Position numbers and translations under genes: made by a program. A DNA stretch of 31,010 nt from Chthoniobacteraceae bacterium (GTDB taxonomy: Bacteria > Verrucomicrobiota > Verrucomicrobiia > Chthoniobacterales > Chthoniobacteraceae), in the NCBI GenBank assembly GCA_031409655.1, contig JANNXQ010000218.1:1-31010 (forward strand), in the 5' to 3' direction. Each line of letters opens with the position of its first letter. Position 1 is the stretch's first letter. Of the stretch, positions 10,021-18,632 are shown in pieces. A model generated the notes under the pieces. It worked only from the letters and a program-made list of their open reading frames with translations, was not told the origin of the DNA and did not search any database.

Positions 10021-10905
10021 ATGCATTCTCCAACAAGGAAGTCGGCCCGTCGGACTCTCGGGAGGACCGCGCGCAAGACGAACGGCACCAAAGCCCGTCC
10101 GACCAGTGCCGCCAAGGCTGGCGCGGCCTCCGGGAACGGCGCTCCCGAAGGTGCGGCCTTGCGCGAGCAGCTCCGATCCCTCTCCGCCCGTCTCCTCGAA
10201 GCCCGCGAACAGGAACGCGCCGCGATCTCGCGCCGCGTCCACGATGAGCTGGGGCAAACGCTAACCGCGCTGCAATGGGATGTCGGCTGGCTCTCCGAGC
10301 GGCTCTGCGGATTGCAGAATGACGCGAACCGCGCGGTCGAAGCGCGCATCGCAGGCATGGCCGCCTCAATCGCGACAGCCTTGGAAACAGTCCACAAAGT
10401 CGCCTGCGAACTGCGCCCACCACTCCTTGACCAATTCGGCCTCGCCATAGCCATGCGCAGCGAAGTGGAGCAATTCCGCACCCGCTACAGCGTGCCTTGC
10501 GAGTTCATCGCGGACCCATCTTCCCGCCCCACAAATCGGTGCGTCGCCACCGCGATCTTCCGCATTTTTCAGGAAATCCTGACCAACATCGTCCGCCACG
10601 CCCAAGCGACCCAGGTGCGCGCCCGACTTTCGGAAGACGCCGACGCTGTACTTCTGGTCGTCAGCGACAATGGCCGCGGGATCACCGCCACTGGCCCGTC
10701 AAAATCATTGGGCATTTTAGGGATGCACGAGCGGGCGTGGTTACTCGGCGGCGAAGTCACGATCCGCACCACCCCCGGCATCGGCACGGCCGTCGAGGTG
10801 CGTGTTCCCCACGCTCAGCAGCTTGAAGATGACGCTCCGGCTCTTGGATTTCCGACGAGAGCACCCGCCATCAGCCAACCGTTGGATCCGGCGGATTTGG
10901 GATAG
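10021..10905 (+). CDS. Sensor-less HisKA_3 histidine kinase, paralog of the upstream kinase core
   Basis: REQLRSLSARLLEAREQERAAISRRVHDELGQTLTAL closely matches the upstream kinase. N-box FRIFQEILTNIVRHA, SDNGRGI and GILGMHERA are present. Only a short basic/Ala-rich tail precedes the kinase core. Confidence 0.88.
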   Translation: MHSPTRKSARRTLGRTARKTNGTKARPTSAAKAGAASGNGAPEGAALREQLRSLSARLLEAREQERAAISRRVHDELGQTLTALQWDVGWLSERLCGLQNDANRAVEARIAGMAASIATALETVHKVACELRPPLLDQFGLAIAMRSEVEQFRTRYSVPCEFIADPSSRPTNRCVATAIFRIFQEILTNIVRHAQATQVRARLSEDADAVLLVVSDNGRGITATGPSKSLGILGMHERAWLLGGEVTIRTTPGIGTAVEVRVPHAQQLEDDAPALGFPTRAPAISQPLDPADLG

Positions 10906-10997
10906 GCAAAAGGTCCCATTGCGGTGATCCTTGGGGCCATGGATAGTTGGACCGCCGCAGGAAACCGCGCTCAATCAAAAAACTCCGCGAACACCCG

Positions 10998-11015
10998 AGC
11001 ACGCTAGCTGCTTTC
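10998..11015 (+). promoter_or_regulatory. Palindromic AGCA-N7-TGCT motif (sigma54-like spacing), copy 2
   Basis: AGCACGCTAGCTGCTTTC; the TGCT ends 13 nt before ATG 11026. Confidence 0.5.
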
Positions 11016-11025
11016 TCATTTCGCG

Positions 11026-11778
11026 ATGCATCGTAAAGCTAAGAAAAAGACAACTCCCGAGGGTGAAGCCATCCCGCCGACGCCCGGGGTTGGACGCACC
11101 GAAGCGCCGGTCGCTGCCGCCGCAGTCGCCAAGTTGCGCATGCTCGTCGTGGACGATCATCCCGTCGTCCGACGCGGCTTGATCCAAACGCTGGCCGAAG
11201 CCTTTCCCGGCGTCCTACTCGGCGAAGCGGCCAATGCCCAGGAGGCTCTCGAGCAAATCTGGAACAACGAATGGGACGTGGTCCTCCTCGATGTGAGCAT
11301 GCCTGGCCGCAGCGGACTGGACGTCCTCAAGGAAGTCCGCCAAGAGCGTCAAAAGCTCCCCGTGCTCGTCCTCAGCATGTATCCCGAGGACGAATTTGCC
11401 CTGCGCGTTTTGCAAAATGGCGCCGCTGGCTACCTCACGAAACAAACCGCCCCGCACGAACTCGTCCTCGCCGTCAAAAAAGTCCTCACCGGAGGCCGCT
11501 ACATCAGCCCCTCGGTCGCCGAGCGCCTCGCCGAGCACCTAAACCGCGACACCGAGAAAGCACCCCATCAACTCCTTTCCGACCGCGAATATCAGGTCAT
11601 GTGCATGCTCGCCGCCGGCAAGACTGTGAAGGAAATCGGCGCGGAACTTTCCCTCAGCATCAAGACCATCAGCACCTACCGCAGCCGGATCCTCGAGAAG
11701 ATGCTCCTCAAGAACAACGCGGAGCTGATGCGCTACGCCGTCGAAAACGAACTGGTGGACTATCGCAAGCCGCGCTAA
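11026..11778 (+). CDS. NarL/UvrY-family response regulator (REC + LuxR HTH)
   Basis: LVVDDHPVVRRGL, phospho-acceptor VLLDVSMPGRSG, GAAGYLTK, and HTH LSDREYQVMCMLAAGKTVKEIGAELSLSIKTISTYRSRILEKM. An alternative start is ATG 11140. Confidence 0.93.
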   Translation: MHRKAKKKTTPEGEAIPPTPGVGRTEAPVAAAAVAKLRMLVVDDHPVVRRGLIQTLAEAFPGVLLGEAANAQEALEQIWNNEWDVVLLDVSMPGRSGLDVLKEVRQERQKLPVLVLSMYPEDEFALRVLQNGAAGYLTKQTAPHELVLAVKKVLTGGRYISPSVAERLAEHLNRDTEKAPHQLLSDREYQVMCMLAAGKTVKEIGAELSLSIKTISTYRSRILEKMLLKNNAELMRYAVENELVDYRKPR

Positions 11779-11811
11779 CCCGCAGTATCCCGCCCGGCAA
11801 CGCGGCGGAGA

Positions 11812-11840
11812 TTGCCTTTCCCGGCGAGCCCGGCTTTCCT
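11812..11840 (+). promoter_or_regulatory. Putative sigma70 promoter of thiE
   Basis: TTGCCT-N17-TTTCCT, ending 10 nt before GTG 11851, the same geometry as the thrS promoter. Confidence 0.35.
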
Positions 11841-11850
11841 CCACGCCCTG

Positions 11851-12498
11851 GTGAAAACTCTCGCCGAATGCCTCCTCTACGGGATCGTCGATCTCGGCTA
11901 CGTCGCTCCTGAAAAAATCGAGCACGCGGCTGTGCAGATGTGCCTCGGTGGCGTGGACATCCTCCAGCTTCGCGCAAAAAATTTCTCCCTCGAAGACGCT
12001 GAGGAATTTGGCCTCCGCCTTGCCCCGATCTGCGAAACCCACCGCATCCCGCTCATCATCAATGATCACCCGGAGATTGTCCCCACCATCGGCGCGGCGG
12101 GCGCGCACGTCGGCCAGGAGGATCGTCCCGTCTCCGACGCCCGCTGGCGCGCCGGTCGCGCCCTCGCCGGCGAAGTGCCGCCCGCGATCATCGGCAAGTC
12201 CACGCACGGCTTCGCCCAGGCCGTCGCCGCGGCCGAGGAAGGTGCGGACTACATCGGCTTTGGCCCACTTTACCCGACGCCGACGAAAGCCGGCCGCACC
12301 GCCATCGGCCTCGCCGACATCCGCCGCGTCCACGAGGCCATGCGCATTCCCATCTTCTGCATCGGCGGCATCAACCGCGAAACCCTCGATGCCGTCCTCG
12401 CCGCTGGCGCGCGCCGCGTCGTCATCGTTTCCGGCATCCTCCGAGCGCCCGACATCGCCGCCTACTGCCGCGACGTGAAGGCCCGCCTGCAAGCGTAG
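11851..12498 (+). CDS. thiE: Thiamine-phosphate synthase
   Basis: LYGIVD, QLRAK, LIINDH, GAHVGQED, IGKSTH, ADYIGFGPLYPTPTK and PIFCIGGI motifs. Confidence 0.95.
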   Translation: MKTLAECLLYGIVDLGYVAPEKIEHAAVQMCLGGVDILQLRAKNFSLEDAEEFGLRLAPICETHRIPLIINDHPEIVPTIGAAGAHVGQEDRPVSDARWRAGRALAGEVPPAIIGKSTHGFAQAVAAAEEGADYIGFGPLYPTPTKAGRTAIGLADIRRVHEAMRIPIFCIGGINRETLDAVLAAGARRVVIVSGILRAPDIAAYCRDVKARLQA

Positions 12499-12550
12499 CG
12501 CGAACGGAGGAAATGGGCGTGCGCACGGTGATTGCTGAACTGCGTTCCCA

Positions 12551-13939
12551 ATGTCGCACGCCCTGACTGCAGCCCCACGGTGGTTCTTCCTCGCGCTGCT
12601 CGTCCTCGCGCCCTGGGCCTACGGCTGCACCGAGCCATGGGCCATCCGCTGGCTCAATGCCGGCCTCGCCCTCGTGCTCCTGCTCTGGGTCGATGGCTGC
12701 ATCCTGCGCGGCGTCTGGCCTGCCGTGCATCGCGCCGCCGCCCTCTGCGTCGCCCTGCTCCTCGCCCAAGGCTGGTGGATGGCCCTGAATCCCCACTTCA
12801 CCCACGACACCGCGACCCACGCCTTCCAAGCCGTCGCGGCGCCGATCCACTGGCTGCCCGGCACCGTGGACGGCGCCATCTCCCGCACCGCGATGCTCCG
12901 ACTCACCGTCCTGCTCGCCATGGTGCTTTTCACGGCGGATCTCTCGGCCTCCGCCATCTGGCGCCGGCGCCTCTGGTGGACCATCGCGCTCACCGGCGTC
13001 TCCATCGCCCTCCTCGGCCTCATCCAGCGCGTCTCCGCCGCACCCATGATTTTCTGGGAGCCGAGCCAGCGCACCGGCACCTTTTTCGCCACCTACTATT
13101 ACGCGGGAAATGCGGGTGCCTTTCTCAATCTCGTGCTCACCCCCGTGGCCGGTCTCGCCCTCCTCGCCATGCGCAATCCCGACGCCCACGCCCTCCGCGC
13201 CCTCTGGCTCCCCGGCTGGCTGCTCTGCCTCGCCGCACTCTTCGTGAACACCTCCCGCACCGCGCAAATCATCGCCTGCGGACTCACTGCCGTCTTCCTC
13301 ATCTCCCAAGCCCGCTCCCTTTCCACCGAACTCCCGCGCCGCTCCATCTGCGCCGTGTATGCCGCCGCGATTCTCGCCGCCATCACTGCCCTCGTCGTCG
13401 TCTCCGGTGCCGAAAGATCCGCCGCCAAGTGGACGATCTTCACGAGCCAGCTCAACCACGAAAACCCGCGCCTGCAAGCCATCCAGACCGCCCTCACGAT
13501 CCTGCCCGATTCCGGCATCTTCGGACTCGGCCCCGGCACCTTCGGAGCCGCCTTCCCGCACTACACCGGCCCCCTCGGCGACGGCATCGCCGGCATCTGG
13601 CGCTACACCCACAACGACTACCTCCAGACCCTCATCGAGTGGGGTCTCGCCGGCGCCATCGTCTGGGCCGTGCTTTTTTTCTGGGGAATGGCGCGTTGCT
13701 TCGCCTGCTGCCGCCCGCCTCCGATGCCGCGCCTCCCGAAGCCCGACGCCCCGCCACGCGCCCGCACCCGCGACCGCCTCGTGCTCTTCTGCGCCGGCCT
13801 CTCCCTTGCCGGCGTCGCCATCCACGCCCTCGTCGATTTCCCCCTCCAGATCGCCTCCCTCCAGCTCTACGTCGCCGTTTTTCTTGGCCTGGGTTGGAGC
13901 TCCGCCGTCTCCCGCGCCGGCTGGCAATCGCAGCCGTAG
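12551..13939 (+). CDS. O-antigen ligase / Wzy_C family membrane protein
   Basis: About 10-12 TM segments with FATYYYAGNAGAFL, NTSRTA, GLGPGTF, YTHNDYLQTLIEWG and HALVDFPLQ motifs. Confidence 0.85.
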   Translation: MSHALTAAPRWFFLALLVLAPWAYGCTEPWAIRWLNAGLALVLLLWVDGCILRGVWPAVHRAAALCVALLLAQGWWMALNPHFTHDTATHAFQAVAAPIHWLPGTVDGAISRTAMLRLTVLLAMVLFTADLSASAIWRRRLWWTIALTGVSIALLGLIQRVSAAPMIFWEPSQRTGTFFATYYYAGNAGAFLNLVLTPVAGLALLAMRNPDAHALRALWLPGWLLCLAALFVNTSRTAQIIACGLTAVFLISQARSLSTELPRRSICAVYAAAILAAITALVVVSGAERSAAKWTIFTSQLNHENPRLQAIQTALTILPDSGIFGLGPGTFGAAFPHYTGPLGDGIAGIWRYTHNDYLQTLIEWGLAGAIVWAVLFFWGMARCFACCRPPPMPRLPKPDAPPRARTRDRLVLFCAGLSLAGVAIHALVDFPLQIASLQLYVAVFLGLGWSSAVSRAGWQSQP

Positions 13940-13970
13940 CATTCCCGCCCGGCCGCGGACTTCGCCGACA

Positions 13971-13999
13971 TTGCACGCCCCGCCGAGCGCCGCTATCCT
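13971..13999 (+). promoter_or_regulatory. Putative sigma70 promoter of thrS
   Basis: TTGCAC-N17-TATCCT, ending 10 nt before ATG 14010; no Shine-Dalgarno sequence. Confidence 0.5.
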
Positions 14000-14009
14000 C
14001 GCCGCCCCT

Positions 14010-16100
14010 ATGTCCGACGAACGCAAAACCCTCGAACAACGCCACCAGATGACCGACCTGGAGCGCCTGCGCCACAGCGCCGCGCATGTCCTGGCCACGG
14101 CCATCCTGAAGATCTGGCCCGAGGCGCAGTTCGCCGCCGGGCCGCCGGTCGAGAATGGCTTCTACTACGACGTCGATCTCCCGCACCGCATCTCGCCCGA
14201 GGATTTCCCGCGGATCGAGGAGGAGATGAAGAAGGAGATCAAAGCGAACCACACCTTCGAGAAGACCATCGTCTCCCGCGCGGAAGCCATCGCGCTCGCG
14301 GAAAGCGGACGCCTCGGCGGACTCAGCGAGCGGCCGGGCAATGCGAGCAAGTTCAAGATCGGCAACCTCGCCGACATCCCCGAAGGCGAAGACCTCTCGC
14401 TCTTCCAGAATGGCGACTTCCTCGATCTCTGCGCCGGCCCGCACGTCATGCGCACGGGGAATATCGGCGCGTGCAAGCTCACCCACGTCGCCAGCGCCTA
14501 CTACAAGGGCGACGAGAAGAACCCCCAGCTTCAGCGCATCTACGGCACGGCCTTCAAGAACAAGACCGAGATGGAGGCCTACTTCACGATGCTGGAGGAG
14601 GCGAAGAAGCGCGACCACCGCAAGCTCGGCAAGGAGCTGGAGTTATTCTGCTTCGACGACGACGTCGGCCCCGGCCTCCCGCTCTGGCTCCCGCGCGGCA
14701 CGGTCTTGATCGAGGAGATCGAGAAGCTGGCGAAGGAGACGGAGTTCGCTGCGGGTTACGATCGGGTAAGGACGCCGCACCTAGCTCGGGAGAACATGTA
14801 TCTCACCAGCGGGCATCTGCCTTACTATAAAGATTCAATGTTCCCCCCAATACTGCTAGTCGACCAGCCGAGTGACAGGGCAAAGTTTGAGCAACTCGAT
14901 AGGGAGATAGCCGACTTGTACATAAGACGCGAGAAAGTCATGACTGAAGTTATTGATGCTGCGGTTGACTCTTTACCCAGTTCAGAATGGGAACATCCAG
15001 AGAAGCCGGGCGAGCCGCGTGATGACATGTTTGACGAATCGTTTCCTGGGAATGGGGAATGGCGCCAAGCGCGAGGTATCCATGTGGACCTTGAGGTGAA
15101 GATTTCTGAGTTAGAGGCACTACGCAATAGCGTCGGCGAACTTTACTACCTCAAGGCCATGAACTGCCCGCATCACCACAAGCTCTTCGGAGCGGTGCCG
15201 CGGAGTTATCGAGACTTACCCCTGCGCCTCGCCGAATACGGCACCTGCTATCGCTACGAGCAGAGCGGCGAACTGTTTGGCCTCATGCGCGTGCGCGCCA
15301 TGCAGATGAACGACGCCCACATCTACTGCACCGAGGAACAGTTCGCCTCCGAGTTCAACGCCGTGAACGAGATGTATCTGAAGTATTTCGGCATCTTCGG
15401 CATCGACCGTTACCAGTTCCGCTTCAGCACCCACGACCCGAAAGAACTCGGGAAGAAGTTCGTCGATCACCCCGATCTCTGGCTCAAGACCGAGAAGATG
15501 GTCCGCGATGTCCTCGTGGCCAGCGGCGCGCCCTTTGTCGAGGTGCCGAACGAAGGCGCCTTCTACGGCCCGAAGATCGACATCCAGATCTGGAACGTCA
15601 TCGGCAAGGAATTCACGCTGGCCACCAACCAGGTCGATTTCGCCGTCCCCGCGCGCTTCAAACTCAAATACAAGACGAAGGACAATACCGACGAGGTGCC
15701 GCTCTGCATCCACCGCGCCCCGCTCGGCACGCACGAGCGTTTCATCGGCTTCCTCATCGAGCACTATGCCGGCAACTTCCCCCTCTGGCTCGCCCCCGAG
15801 CAAGTCCGCGTCCTGCCCATCGGCGACGAAGAACCGCTCGTGAATTACGCGAAGGAAATCCAAGCCGAACTCCGCGCCGAAGGCGTGCGCGCCACCATCG
15901 ACACCGGCACCGACCCGATCAAAGCCAAGATCGCCAGCGCCGAGCAAATGAAGACGCACACCATGCTCGTCCTCGGCCACCGCGACCTCGAAGCCGGCAA
16001 CGTCAGCGTCCGCATCCACGGCAAAGGCAACGTCGGCGCGAAACCACGCGGAGAGTTCATCGCCGACCTGCTCGCAGCGATCAAAGAACGGCGGGCTTAG
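14010..16100 (+). CDS. thrS: Threonine--tRNA ligase (no TGS domain; ~90-aa insertion in the catalytic domain)
   Basis: Editing domain RHSAAHVLA / DLCAGPHV, RDHRKLGKEL, YLKAMNCPHH, motif 2 YRYEQSGELFGLMRVRAMQMNDAH, GAFYGPKID, IHRAPLGTHERF and a C-terminal anticodon-binding domain. Confidence 0.97.
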   Translation: MSDERKTLEQRHQMTDLERLRHSAAHVLATAILKIWPEAQFAAGPPVENGFYYDVDLPHRISPEDFPRIEEEMKKEIKANHTFEKTIVSRAEAIALAESGRLGGLSERPGNASKFKIGNLADIPEGEDLSLFQNGDFLDLCAGPHVMRTGNIGACKLTHVASAYYKGDEKNPQLQRIYGTAFKNKTEMEAYFTMLEEAKKRDHRKLGKELELFCFDDDVGPGLPLWLPRGTVLIEEIEKLAKETEFAAGYDRVRTPHLARENMYLTSGHLPYYKDSMFPPILLVDQPSDRAKFEQLDREIADLYIRREKVMTEVIDAAVDSLPSSEWEHPEKPGEPRDDMFDESFPGNGEWRQARGIHVDLEVKISELEALRNSVGELYYLKAMNCPHHHKLFGAVPRSYRDLPLRLAEYGTCYRYEQSGELFGLMRVRAMQMNDAHIYCTEEQFASEFNAVNEMYLKYFGIFGIDRYQFRFSTHDPKELGKKFVDHPDLWLKTEKMVRDVLVASGAPFVEVPNEGAFYGPKIDIQIWNVIGKEFTLATNQVDFAVPARFKLKYKTKDNTDEVPLCIHRAPLGTHERFIGFLIEHYAGNFPLWLAPEQVRVLPIGDEEPLVNYAKEIQAELRAEGVRATIDTGTDPIKAKIASAEQMKTHTMLVLGHRDLEAGNVSVRIHGKGNVGAKPRGEFIADLLAAIKERRA

Positions 16101-16300
16101 CTGGAGCCCGGGATTGTGTGCGGCGGCCGCGCGTGGTCTAATCCGAGCTGATTCTCAGCGTTGGTCGGCGAAAACTGCGGGGCCTTCACGGCTCCCGTGT
16201 GGTGAAGTGGGCGCAGCAATCTTCGTGGCCCATGGATGTTTTCGAGCCTCGCGCTCCGCGTCGCTTCACGCCTTGCTCAAAACCTCACCACGCCCTCGCC

Positions 16301-18568
16301 ATGCCCACGCCTTTCCTCTCCCGCATCGAACCGCTCGAAGCCCGCATCGCCCCCGCCGCCGTCTTCACCTACATCGACGTGGATGGCGACCTCGTCACGA
16401 TCAAGACGAGCAAGGGGAACAACAACCAGCTTGCGGATATCGTCGTGCCGTTCCTCTCCTCCGAGGGCGTGCCCAATGGACAGGAGTTGCAGCAGATCGA
16501 TTTCAGTATGAATGCGGCGGTCTTCAAGGGGACGGATCTCAGTGTGACCGCCGTGCGCTCGAACGGCGCCGGGGATGGCCGGGTGAACGTCGGCTACATC
16601 GATGCGACCAGCCCGGACGATGGTGCAAGCCTCGATCTCGGGAATGTGAAGATCAGCGGTGATCTCGGGCGCATCGTGGCGGGCGACGACACGGCGACGA
16701 CGCCGGGCGTGAAGTCGCTCACGGTCGGCTCGGTCGGGCGCTACGGCACGGACACGCAGGCGGGCGGCGGAAATCTCAACAGCACCATCACCGGTGCGCT
16801 GCCGTCGCTCGTGGTGAAGGGCGACTTCGCCGACGGCTCGCTCATCGTCTCGAATGGAATGACTCCAGGGGCCGGCAAGATTGGCAGCATCGCGATCGGC
16901 GGTTCGCTGATCGGCGGCGCGACGGCGGTGACCGGCTATATTTCCGCCGCAGGCGGCATCGCGAAGGTGAACATCGCGCACGATTTGCAGGGCGGGATCG
17001 GGAGCAGTTCCGGGCAGATTTTCACCGGTGCAAAACTCGGCAGCGTCACCATCGGCGGCTCCCTGATCGGCGGCGCGGGCTTCCACTCCGGGCGCTTGCA
17101 GGCGGGCAGCATCGGCACCGTTTTGATCAAAGGAAGCCTCGTGGGTGGTTCGCAGGGATCGGTGATGATGGACGATGCGACCGGCTCGATTGAAAGTGCG
17201 GGCTCGATCGGCAGTGTGACCATCGGCGGTTCCATTCTCGGCGGGAACGATCCCGCTTCGGCGACCATCAGGGCCGTCAACGGCAGCATCACGAACTTGA
17301 CCGTGGGTGGCGACATCATCGGCCGCGGAGCGCGCAGCGCGGCCGTGACGGCGCTCATCCTCCTTCAGAATGTCACCGTCCACGGTTCCATCGTCGGCGG
17401 CTTCCAGGCTCCCGATAGCGCGGAGATTCGCGGCGGGACTATCGGGAAGATCGTCATCGGCGGCGATTTGCAGGGTGGCGTGAATTCTCCTCAGTCGGGT
17501 TACATCGACGGGGTAAATTCGATCACGAGTATCACGATCGGCGGCTCCGTGATCGGGGGTATCGCCACGAATCTCGCCGACGGTGGTAATGCAGGTCAGG
17601 GTAGCGGTGCCATCTACGGGTTTAACATTGGCAGCGTCTTGGTAAAGGGAGACCTGGTCGGGAAAAGCGGACGTTCGAGCGGCACGATCTTCGCGTCGAA
17701 TCGCCTCGATCAGGTATCGATCGGCGGCTCCGTGATCGGTGGCGATGGCGAAGTCACCGGGGGTATCCAGACCGCCGGCAGCATCGGCTCGGTCAAGATC
17801 GGCGGTGATCTCCGCGGAGGCGAAACCCAGGGCTTCAACATCAATAGGAGTGGCTTTATCACCTCCCTCGGCGCGATCGGGAATATCACGATCGGCGGCT
17901 CGGTCGTCGCCGGCGCGGCGGTGGGTGGGAACAGCGTGCAGAGCAGCGGCATCATTGCGGTCGGAGATGACCTCGGCTCGCTGGTGGTCAAAGGCAGCCT
18001 CGTCGGAAACTCCACCAACTACGTCTCCATCGTCGCGCGCGGAAAAGGCGGCGCCTTCACTGGTCCGGACCTGGCCATCAAGAGCATCACCATCGGCGGA
18101 CGCGTGGAAAACACCAACATCCTCGCCGGCTACAGCGAAAGCGCCCGCGGGCTGAATGCCGACGCGCAGATCGGCTCGGTGAGCGTGGGTGGCGATTGGA
18201 TCGCGAGCAGCATTCTCGCTGGCATCAATCCCTTCACCGACGGGAAGATCGGCACGGCCGACGACCGCGAACTCCTCGGCGGCGAAGACTTCGGCTCCGG
18301 CCCGGTGAAGGACAGCAACGCGCTCACTTCCAAAATCGCGAGCATCGTGATCAAAGGCGGGGTCTTCGGCACGCCCGGCCTTACCACCGACACCTTCGGC
18401 TTCGGCGCGCAGGAGATCGTTTCCTTCAAGATCGGCAGCGTCACGCTCCCGCTCAAACCAGGCGTCGCGAATGACGTCTTCGCCACGAGCAAAGCTCAGC
18501 CCATCGCCGCGGGCCGATCCAGCGCCAACACCGGAGACGGCTTCGAGATCCACGTGTTCGAAGTGTAG
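16301..18568 (+). CDS. Large Gly-rich beta-solenoid-like repeat protein with N-terminal IEPLEARIAPA motif, probably extracellular
   Basis: Leader IEPLEARIAPA resembles the LEPRxLL motif of PVC-group extracellular proteins and is followed by YIDVDGD. There are more than 10 repeats of the type IGSVxIGGSxxGG. Codon usage is GC3-rich and typical of coding sequence. Confidence 0.75.
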   Translation: MPTPFLSRIEPLEARIAPAAVFTYIDVDGDLVTIKTSKGNNNQLADIVVPFLSSEGVPNGQELQQIDFSMNAAVFKGTDLSVTAVRSNGAGDGRVNVGYIDATSPDDGASLDLGNVKISGDLGRIVAGDDTATTPGVKSLTVGSVGRYGTDTQAGGGNLNSTITGALPSLVVKGDFADGSLIVSNGMTPGAGKIGSIAIGGSLIGGATAVTGYISAAGGIAKVNIAHDLQGGIGSSSGQIFTGAKLGSVTIGGSLIGGAGFHSGRLQAGSIGTVLIKGSLVGGSQGSVMMDDATGSIESAGSIGSVTIGGSILGGNDPASATIRAVNGSITNLTVGGDIIGRGARSAAVTALILLQNVTVHGSIVGGFQAPDSAEIRGGTIGKIVIGGDLQGGVNSPQSGYIDGVNSITSITIGGSVIGGIATNLADGGNAGQGSGAIYGFNIGSVLVKGDLVGKSGRSSGTIFASNRLDQVSIGGSVIGGDGEVTGGIQTAGSIGSVKIGGDLRGGETQGFNINRSGFITSLGAIGNITIGGSVVAGAAVGGNSVQSSGIIAVGDDLGSLVVKGSLVGNSTNYVSIVARGKGGAFTGPDLAIKSITIGGRVENTNILAGYSESARGLNADAQIGSVSVGGDWIASSILAGINPFTDGKIGTADDRELLGGEDFGSGPVKDSNALTSKIASIVIKGGVFGTPGLTTDTFGFGAQEIVSFKIGSVTLPLKPGVANDVFATSKAQPIAAGRSSANTGDGFEIHVFEV
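18168..18568 (+). repeat. Direct repeat copy A (~400 bp; C-terminal domain coding region)
   Basis: Aligns with 20162-20550 and includes a 71-bp identical block (18341-18411 = 20335-20405). Confidence 0.9.
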
Positions 18569-18632
18569 CGCCGCACTCGAGGTCCTTTCCACCACCGCCC
18601 GCATCCACCAACCGCACCCACCGACTGAATCT

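Noticed and set aside
11779..11850. TPP riboswitch upstream of thiE
   Set aside because: Only 72 bp, and it lacks the conserved CTGAGA core and downstream aptamer motifs.
13359..14009. N-terminal extension of ThrRS in the ORF track, and similar extensions at 27347-27541, 24060-24152 and 7010-7171
   Set aside because: These read as low-complexity or off-frame sequence, mostly overlapping neighbouring genes, and better starts exist downstream.
14850..15137. Intein or intron in thrS
   Set aside because: No N-terminal Cys/Ser block, no His-Asn terminus and no endonuclease motif; the frame is open and there are no intron hallmarks.
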